Below, in pieces: positions 27,369-33,459 of a stretch of DNA of 33,459 nucleotides (positions are counted from its first letter, which is position 1; every line of letters begins with the position of its first letter). Source of the stretch: an uncultured Desulfosporosinus sp. (GTDB lineage Bacteria > Bacillota > Desulfitobacteriia > Desulfitobacteriales > Desulfitobacteriaceae). The notes under the pieces were generated by a model. It did no database searches. It saw nothing but the letters and a program-made list of their open reading frames with translations, and was not told the DNA's origin. The DNA lies in assembly GCA_964460725.1 (NCBI GenBank), contig CAYWSF010000001.1, positions 13,488 to 46,946 on the forward strand. Direction: 5' to 3'. The position numbers were made by a program, and so were the translations under genes.

Positions 27369-29603
27369 ATGAATAAGTCTGTAATGAAAAAGAAAAGTAC
27401 TTCCAGGTTGCAGGGAGCTTACGAAGAGGCAAATGGGCAAAAAAGCTTTTCCATTCCAAACAGTGCCATATTGTACAGAATGGGGGCAAAACCTCCAACC
27501 GGTAATGAGAACCAGGAAAACATCAAATCGTTGCTCATGAGCAGGTTGCCCATGCACGCTTTGCGTAACCAAATACCCGCTGCTGAGCAGGAGGCAGATA
27601 GAATATCCTCTTCGCTAAGCGGCGCAAGGGCACCCGGAGAGGTTAAATCACTACTCGGTGCGCGAATGGGTGCGGACTTTTCCAATGTCCGCTTTCACTC
27701 TGACAGTATGGCCGCAGCGCAGGCGGATGCTATTGGGGCACGTGCTTTTACAACGGGTCGGGATATTTATTTCGGAGAGGGAGGTTTTGATTCCTCTGTA
27801 GCTGCCCATGAACTCGTCCATACGGTCCAGCAGGGTGCGGTTGACAGCTCGCTGCAAACAGTCTCAGCACCAATGGGTGGTGTGCAGATGGTGCCAAAAT
27901 GGCTTAAGGGTATCGGTAAGGGCCTTGGCACGTTAGTCGGGGGCGCATTAGGGTTAGCCGGGGGTTTAGTCGGTGGATTAGTGGGCGGTATAGGTGGACT
28001 TTTTGCAGGTTCCCCGCTTAAAGGCGCAAAGGCGGGCCTTAAGATGGGTGCTGCACCAGGGGCTTATATAATGGAAAAGCTTGGCTTCAAACATCTTCCG
28101 GGATTTGAGAAGGGAAACGAGCGGAGAGCCAATCGAGGTGATATGAGCGGTTTCGCGGGCGTTTCAAAGAAGTACGCCAAAGAGAAAACCGATGAACAGG
28201 CTTTCGCTTTGAATGCCGAACTTGAATTAAATCCGGAACTTACCTCAGAGGATATCGCACAGCATTATGGAGGTACGGCAACGCAGGCTCTTAATCCCTT
28301 GAATCGGAAGGCGCTGAGCAAGGTGCACCGGGATGCGGCGGCCAGGGCAAAGGAGACAGGTTCAGAGGCAGATAAGGCAAAAGCAAAGAAGTACGATGAA
28401 GCCATGGAGTTGATCGATCAAAGAATGATGGTCGATACAATAACCGGGCCAAGCGAAGCAGATACTGCCAAGCTTACTGAGCATTACAAGAACAAAGGCG
28501 ACCTTAAGAGGCTCGACAAAGAGTACAGCAGATCACCTATTGGCAAGAGGATTCTTGGACCGGACGGCTTGTCCGGACCAGGTACAATCTCCGGCACACG
28601 CACGGATGAAGAGGCGCAGGCACTGGCCGATAAAGATGTGGCAACAGCTAAGGAGTCAGGTGATTCCATGCTGCGCATGATGCTTTTAATGCAGCTCGGC
28701 GATTTCCAGCAGAACGATGTGGAAGTGACAACCGACGATAAAGGCAAGAAAACAAAGACACCAATTAGTAAAGAGTGGCAGCATTCCATGGCAAACGCCT
28801 TCTCTCACGGTGCCCGTACGGCTTTCACATTTGGTGCGGATGAAATGAATGGTGATGATGTGGCTCAAAACGGTAAGAGCAGCGACGTTATGAGGGCAAT
28901 ATTCAATACGCAGAACGATCAAGAGCTTGGTGAAAACGCCGGTCTGGCGGCGCGTGCCTCTGCGACACACCGTCTTATTACGCCAAAGGCAGGTCAAGGC
29001 CCCGAAGGGCTGGAAGAGCAAAGCGGCCTCGAGGGTGCGGTAAAAAGTATGTTTGATAGTTCCTATCATCACTATGGCATGGATATGGCCATAGGCGGTG
29101 CCGGTAAGGAGGGCGGAGCGGGCGAAAACGGACCCGAGATTATAACCAACGATGGGCGCAGCGGCCATTTGTATGTCGGAGCCGCTGACAGTAGTCAGGA
29201 GAGAAAGGGAGGTATGCTGGTCGGCCTCGAGTCAGACTCTCCATACCGCATGAACCAGACTGGGCACATGCACAATGCTGCTGCTGATCCCGAGGAAGCC
29301 TCCAGCACCGGAGGATTAAAAACCGATGCTAAGGGCAAAAAATACGGTGGCCGTACTGTCGATTTGTCCGGACTTAAAAATACTGAAACGACACAGCTAC
29401 TACAGACTTTTACGGGAAGGTTAGCCGGAAAAAAAGAGGATCCTCAGGCTTACAAGACGTTTGTTAACAAGATTGCCGGTAAAAGACTCCCTGCGAACGA
29501 GCTGGTAGGGGTATTGATGGATTTGGGAATGGAAAAAGAGCAGGCCAGAGCATACGTTGCAAAAGGAAGAAAACTAAAAGCTGATACTGTCTGGGAGGAC
29601 TAA
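27369..29603 (+). CDS. eCIS effector: DUF4157 (eCIS-core) domain, glycine zipper and Ntox11-like toxin domain
   Basis: AEQEAD, GADFSNVRFHSD, IGARAFTTGRDIYF and AHELVHTVQQ (DUF4157, HExxH). GxxxG run. C-terminal HGAR, RASATH, GLE and GHMH match the GxR, RxxxoH, GxE and GxxH motifs described for Ntox11. ATG 27369 follows ggagg at 27358-27362. Confidence 0.85.
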   Translation: MNKSVMKKKSTSRLQGAYEEANGQKSFSIPNSAILYRMGAKPPTGNENQENIKSLLMSRLPMHALRNQIPAAEQEADRISSSLSGARAPGEVKSLLGARMGADFSNVRFHSDSMAAAQADAIGARAFTTGRDIYFGEGGFDSSVAAHELVHTVQQGAVDSSLQTVSAPMGGVQMVPKWLKGIGKGLGTLVGGALGLAGGLVGGLVGGIGGLFAGSPLKGAKAGLKMGAAPGAYIMEKLGFKHLPGFEKGNERRANRGDMSGFAGVSKKYAKEKTDEQAFALNAELELNPELTSEDIAQHYGGTATQALNPLNRKALSKVHRDAAARAKETGSEADKAKAKKYDEAMELIDQRMMVDTITGPSEADTAKLTEHYKNKGDLKRLDKEYSRSPIGKRILGPDGLSGPGTISGTRTDEEAQALADKDVATAKESGDSMLRMMLLMQLGDFQQNDVEVTTDDKGKKTKTPISKEWQHSMANAFSHGARTAFTFGADEMNGDDVAQNGKSSDVMRAIFNTQNDQELGENAGLAARASATHRLITPKAGQGPEGLEEQSGLEGAVKSMFDSSYHHYGMDMAIGGAGKEGGAGENGPEIITNDGRSGHLYVGAADSSQERKGGMLVGLESDSPYRMNQTGHMHNAAADPEEASSTGGLKTDAKGKKYGGRTVDLSGLKNTETTQLLQTFTGRLAGKKEDPQAYKTFVNKIAGKRLPANELVGVLMDLGMEKEQARAYVAKGRKLKADTVWED

Positions 29604-29607
29604 CATT

Positions 29608-31152
29608 TTATTTGCGCCATTTTGCAAGTTTTTTCAGGACTAAGCTGCGTCGTTGTTCGTATCTTGCTTTAAGGACATTTAGTTGTAAAGAATGCCTTAA
29701 CATTAGTTTTTTTACTTGTGATCGCAAAAGGTTTTTCCACTCCAGCAAAGCTCTTGCTTTAACCGGTCCAATTCCTTCAATACGAATTTTACCCTTTCCC
29801 GCCACTTCAATTAAGGCAACCTCTTTAGTGCGATTTTGGTTATTACGTACAATATGGATATTCAATATATCAGCGGCAGTTGTAATCCCGGCATGGTTTA
29901 AAGAGCTAATTAACTGAGGACCAATACCAGGTATGTTTGAATCTTCCAAATAATGTTTTTGTAGCTCATTGTTAAGATCATGCTCTTGATTCTTATATTG
30001 TTTCATGAATATTAAACTAACGCTTAAACTTAATCCAATAACTATACAAAATATAATTGGCAAATCAAAAAAAATAACAATGCCATAAGATAAACATATT
30101 GATATAATCCCCAATAACCATTTACCAATCAATAAAGCTTTAGTTGTAAAACGCTTTTTAAGAATATTGAACCCTGTAGTTTCGGTTTTTATCTTAACGT
30201 AATCTTGCAGCCAGGATGGTAACCCTTGAGGAGAATTGTTTAAAGGGTTTAGATATGACGAAAAAGCGTTTGCGTCTGGAATGGGTATTTTCGACGGATC
30301 GTTAAAATTCAGTAGAATTCTTAGCTGACCGGCAATTGAATTTAAGGAAACCAGCGAACTTTGTTCAAACAATTTAAAAGCCGAGGACCGGTCCGGATCA
30401 AGGAAATCCTCCTTGCGAAAAATAAGGGCTCCATCCCCGGCTTTAAATAGATCCCAAAGGTTAGGATCTTCACTTAAAGCAAGAATAGAAGTATAAATTA
30501 CCCAGGCTGAAAAATTATCAAGCTCAGGCCCAAAGTCTTTCTCGCTCCGGGATGGGTGTTGATAATTTCTGTGTCCGTATTCTCCGGAAGGGATGGTTTC
30601 CAAGCCCGGAACATACAAGCCATCATAATCAATCAATTTTAATTCTTCATTTGATACTAAAATATTTTCATGTTGCAGATCCCCATGGGCAATGGAGTAT
30701 TTGCGCAAGTCCCCAATAAGATTTATAAAATTAACGGCAAGCGCTTTTAATTTTAGAGGGTTATTCAGGTTTGCTTCTAAGTAGCTATTTAAAGGCTCGC
30801 CATTAATCCATTCCATTTTTAAAATCGGAAACCATTGTCCTTTTACTCTAATGCCTTGAGCTATAAATTCGAAATTCACCATGTAAGAAAGTTTGGTTTT
30901 TCTTAAATAATCACTGATGATTTTATAACGTTTTTCAAGCTCTAATTGCTCAGTTAAGAAACACCTGACGGCATAATTACGTGTGTCGCAGATCATTTCA
31001 TAAACGCAGGCAAATCCGCCGGCAATTGGCTTAGGCAGTCCAAGATTATTTAATAACGGGGTGCCGTTTTTTAATTCGGGATCGGAAAAACAAGTATTGG
31101 GATTTTGAATGGTATCTTGATAATCTGACATAGAAGGCCAAGACATAGCCAA
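29608..31152 (-). CDS. Ser/Thr kinase-like protein with TM hairpin and helix-hairpin-helix motifs (YegI / TerY-P kinase-like)
   Basis: GGFACVY, YAVRCF, MEWING, HGDLQHENILV, LIDYDG; hydrophobic hairpin; IPGIGP and IEGIGP HhH motifs. The start may be ATG 31146. Confidence 0.88.
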   Translation of the reverse strand: MAMSWPSMSDYQDTIQNPNTCFSDPELKNGTPLLNNLGLPKPIAGGFACVYEMICDTRNYAVRCFLTEQLELEKRYKIISDYLRKTKLSYMVNFEFIAQGIRVKGQWFPILKMEWINGEPLNSYLEANLNNPLKLKALAVNFINLIGDLRKYSIAHGDLQHENILVSNEELKLIDYDGLYVPGLETIPSGEYGHRNYQHPSRSEKDFGPELDNFSAWVIYTSILALSEDPNLWDLFKAGDGALIFRKEDFLDPDRSSAFKLFEQSSLVSLNSIAGQLRILLNFNDPSKIPIPDANAFSSYLNPLNNSPQGLPSWLQDYVKIKTETTGFNILKKRFTTKALLIGKWLLGIISICLSYGIVIFFDLPIIFCIVIGLSLSVSLIFMKQYKNQEHDLNNELQKHYLEDSNIPGIGPQLISSLNHAGITTAADILNIHIVRNNQNRTKEVALIEVAGKGKIRIEGIGPVKARALLEWKNLLRSQVKKLMLRHSLQLNVLKARYEQRRSLVLKKLAKWRK

Positions 31153-31155
31153 AAC

Positions 31156-31935
31156 CTACCTTAAATCAAGACGTATGACGCTTACATCGTCATTGCGAAT
31201 AGTGCCGCGTTCCCTTAAGTACTTTACTAATTCCGCCGGCGATTGAGCATATTTTTCAGCATCTGGGTCCAGTATGGAGATCCAAGGTGTTTCACCATCT
31301 TCCGCTTGTTTTAAAAACCAGGCCGCTAGGGCGTCAGTCATTAAAAAAAAGGTATCATTTTTTTGCCAATGGCCGGTTGTTTTTTTTGTATGTTTTAAAA
31401 TGTGTTTGTTATTAGCCGGATTGCTTGACAATAAATATGGCCTGTTGTCAAATTGACCGGAACCGGTGATTGGGAAGCTGGTAATTACGGCATTATCCCT
31501 TATCTGAAATAAGCAACTGTCGCCAAGGGCCACTGCGGCCCAATTAGCCGCATCATGTTCCTGATCATCTAATTTTAAACAGAGAAGGCTGGCAAATGCT
31601 CCCGCATTCAAACCTGGTTCTTCATACCACCGTATGGGCAAAGAATTATTTTTCCTTGTATTAACGTACGTTTTTTTCCATAAACGCCATCCTCGGCAGG
31701 ATCTCTTGATAAAATAAGCAAAGTTATCAAAACAATAACTTTTTCCACAGCAGGATCTAACTAAAAATTCTGCCCATTTTCCGCTTAACATGCTTTCACT
31801 TGCTCCGTCGGAAACGGCAGCAGTCACATGCTTTTTTGTATATGAACCCGTTGTTTTCGGATACAGGGCATCTTCATATTCAAATGGTGAATTACCGTCT
31901 TTAGGCAGCCAACTTGAATTAATGGTATAATTCAT
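31156..31935 (-). CDS. PP2C-like protein phosphatase (YegK / TerY-P-like)
   Basis: YEDA, AAVSDGAS, LGDSCLF, LMTDAL, RNDDVS. Start reassigned to ATG 31935 after aggaga. Confidence 0.9.
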   Translation of the reverse strand: MNYTINSSWLPKDGNSPFEYEDALYPKTTGSYTKKHVTAAVSDGASESMLSGKWAEFLVRSCCGKSYCFDNFAYFIKRSCRGWRLWKKTYVNTRKNNSLPIRWYEEPGLNAGAFASLLCLKLDDQEHDAANWAAVALGDSCLFQIRDNAVITSFPITGSGQFDNRPYLLSSNPANNKHILKHTKKTTGHWQKNDTFFLMTDALAAWFLKQAEDGETPWISILDPDAEKYAQSPAELVKYLRERGTIRNDDVSVIRLDLR

Positions 31936-31945
31936 CTGTTGTCTC

Positions 31946-32782
31946 CTATCGCAAATTACTGGCCCGTGTGCCAATATCCAGAAAACTGATTAATTCAATG
32001 GGCGTGGCGTTGAAGACAAACCCCCTGGCTGTGGAAGTGACGGGAAAACCTTCTTTTTTAGCAGTTGCCCTCATATCCTCGGGTAATTTGCTGGTCATCG
32101 TGAATAATAGTTTGGCAAAATCATCGGGAAGGGTAGTTTCTTCATCAGCAAAGGTGATCGGTGTTGCTTTATTAGAAGAGGTATGAATATTAAACAATAA
32201 AACGCTGCCGTCATTACTGCTTAAATTCATCAAATCCTGTGCAGGTTTACTCGGATCACCATCGGTAGCTTCCCCGTCCGTGATGTTGATTACAATTGGC
32301 GGATAACCGGTAGGGTGTTCATTCAGCCAATTATTCAGAATCAAATGTGCATGTGTTAAGGCTTGACACATTGGGGTAGCAGCATTAGCAACCGGTTCAA
32401 ACCAGATTGGGAATTTAACGGTTTGCTCTAAGATGCCGCCGGCCCCGTCATCCACTTTTCTCTTTCTTTCTTCAATACAAGCCGGAAAATTGGCGACCTC
32501 GCTGATGGCAACCAAATCTTTTCCTGCCAAAGGCCCACTAAAAGCCGACTGAACGAATTCGCCATAACCGATAACACCGATATAAAAATAATCCCTGACC
32601 CCTTCTGACTTGGCACATTTTATGATCAGATTCTGTAATAACTTGTTAACAATATCAGCAACACCTTCAGCAATTTTTTTGGAAGACTCTTTTCCCCAAG
32701 GATCTGACATGGACCCGGATTGGTCTATCAGAAAAAGAAAACACGTGGGATTTGAACGGCTAACTTCTGCACTGTAAGACAT
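31946..32782 (-). CDS. vWA domain protein (TerY/YegL-like)
   Basis: MIDAS DQSGS, TPMCQAL, INITDGE. Start reassigned to ATG 32782 after aaggagg at 32791-32797 on the minus strand. Confidence 0.9.
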   Translation of the reverse strand: MSYSAEVSRSNPTCFLFLIDQSGSMSDPWGKESSKKIAEGVADIVNKLLQNLIIKCAKSEGVRDYFYIGVIGYGEFVQSAFSGPLAGKDLVAISEVANFPACIEERKRKVDDGAGGILEQTVKFPIWFEPVANAATPMCQALTHAHLILNNWLNEHPTGYPPIVINITDGEATDGDPSKPAQDLMNLSSNDGSVLLFNIHTSSNKATPITFADEETTLPDDFAKLLFTMTSKLPEDMRATAKKEGFPVTSTARGFVFNATPIELISFLDIGTRASNLR

Positions 32783-32948
32783 GTTTATATCCTCCTTGCA
32801 ATTATAATAAGTATTTACTTCTACGGATCTTCCCCAATTCCTCCATTTAAGGGAGTATATGGTAATTTTAAAAAATTCTATCATCGCGCAAGCGCCTATT
32901 TTATGTAACAAGAGAACCGTCAGACTGTTAATTTTAGCATTAATATTT

Positions 32949-32977
32949 TTGAACATTAATGAAATTATTGGTAGAAT
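32949..32977 (+). promoter_or_regulatory. Sigma-A-type promoter for the Asp23/Gls24 gene
   Basis: TTGAAC (32949-32954), 17-bp spacer, TAGAAT (32972-32977), with extended -10 TG at 32969-32970. Confidence 0.7.
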
Positions 32978-33016
32978 AGTATCAGGGCAGACGATGATAT
33001 AAGGAGTGAATCCTAC

Positions 33017-33373
33017 TTGGGAAAAGAAATTATCAATAGCTTAGGTAAAATAGATATATCGGAAGAAGTAATATCCACGATCGCAGGTGCCACCGCTGTT
33101 GAGTGTTATGGTTTGGTGGGTATGGCCTCGCGTAAAATTACCGATGGATTTGCAGATTTACTTAGACGCGAAAATTTAGCCCGTGGCGTGGTAGTGTCCG
33201 TAAAAGACAATGAATTAGTTATCGACCTCTATATCATTGTTGGGTATGGTGTGAAGATTTCCGAAGTTGCCGCCAGTGTGATGGAACGTGTTCGCTATAA
33301 TACGGAGAAGCTTACGGGTTTAAATGTCTCCAAAGTAAATGTGAACGTTCAAGGAGTTCGTATTTTAGAGTAG
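33017..33373 (+). CDS. yloU: Asp23/Gls24 family protein (YloU-like)
   Basis: LGKIDISEEVISTIAG..AVECYGLVGMAS..LLRRENLARGV..YGVKISEVA..VNVNVQGVR. RBS aaggag, TTG start. Confidence 0.9.
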   Translation: MGKEIINSLGKIDISEEVISTIAGATAVECYGLVGMASRKITDGFADLLRRENLARGVVVSVKDNELVIDLYIIVGYGVKISEVAASVMERVRYNTEKLTGLNVSKVNVNVQGVRILE

Positions 33374-33459
33374 TGATAAAGAAAACCCGGCCGGCGTCAA
33401 TGCCTCAGCATAGGCTGCTGCCCGGTTACACTTATATCGCTGCATATTTTTAGACTGGT

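Larger units (their letters stand above)
1..29603 (+). other. Contractile injection system (eCIS/PVC-like) gene cluster, partial
   Basis: Co-directional baseplate, spike, fibre, cap, PAAR-like and DUF4157 genes. No capsid, portal, terminase or integrase in the window. Confidence 0.93.

Noticed and set aside
263-32616. Numerous short antisense or nested ORFs in the six-frame track
   Set aside because: They lie within well-supported genes, show no recognisable motifs and look like shadow ORFs.
32783-32956. N-terminal extension of the vWA ORF in the ORF track (similarly the extensions at 9728, 18988, 27363 and 31974)
   Set aside because: Better RBS-start pairs lie downstream, and the extensions run through intergenic or overlapping sequence.
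33383-33428. GC-rich imperfect inverted repeat after yloU as a terminator
   Set aside because: The stem is mismatched and has no U-tract, so it cannot be supported.

Overview
Most of this window (about 1-29603, + strand, co-directional and tightly packed) is the downstream part of a contractile injection system (eCIS, PVC/Afp type). The host is probably a Bacillota/Clostridia member; the CWB2 domains, heptamer repeats and yloU neighbour suggest Desulfitobacteriaceae/Peptococcaceae, which is inference. Structural genes: LysM tube initiator, split spike (gp27-like hub plus gp5/gpV), gp25, two baseplate J-like proteins, tail-I-like wedge, Afp13-like fibre with a terminal Ig domain, Pvc16/DUF4255 cap and DUF4280 PAAR-like tip. 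No sheath, tube or AAA ATPase gene is visible, so these presumably lie upstream. Two envelope modules are embedded in the operon. Module A (12901-19932) encodes a pseudokinase, a 1227-aa membrane protein with CWB2 repeats, HAMP and a degenerate class III cyclase domain, a membrane MORN-repeat protein and a secreted TolC-like helical protein. Module B (21765-27293) encodes a membrane sensor-like protein, a GNAT, an orphan substrate-binding lipoprotein and an MFS transporter fused to a paralogue of the sensor-like protein. The operon ends in a DUF4157 effector with a glycine zipper and an Ntox11-like C-terminus, with no adjacent immunity gene. A convergent vWA-PP2C-kinase (TerY-P-like) triad follows, then the housekeeping Asp23/Gls24 gene. 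The best candidate for a new system is a cell-envelope-tethered or sensor-gated CIS in a Gram-positive-lineage anaerobe. All domain calls come from motif recognition by eye; no searches were run.
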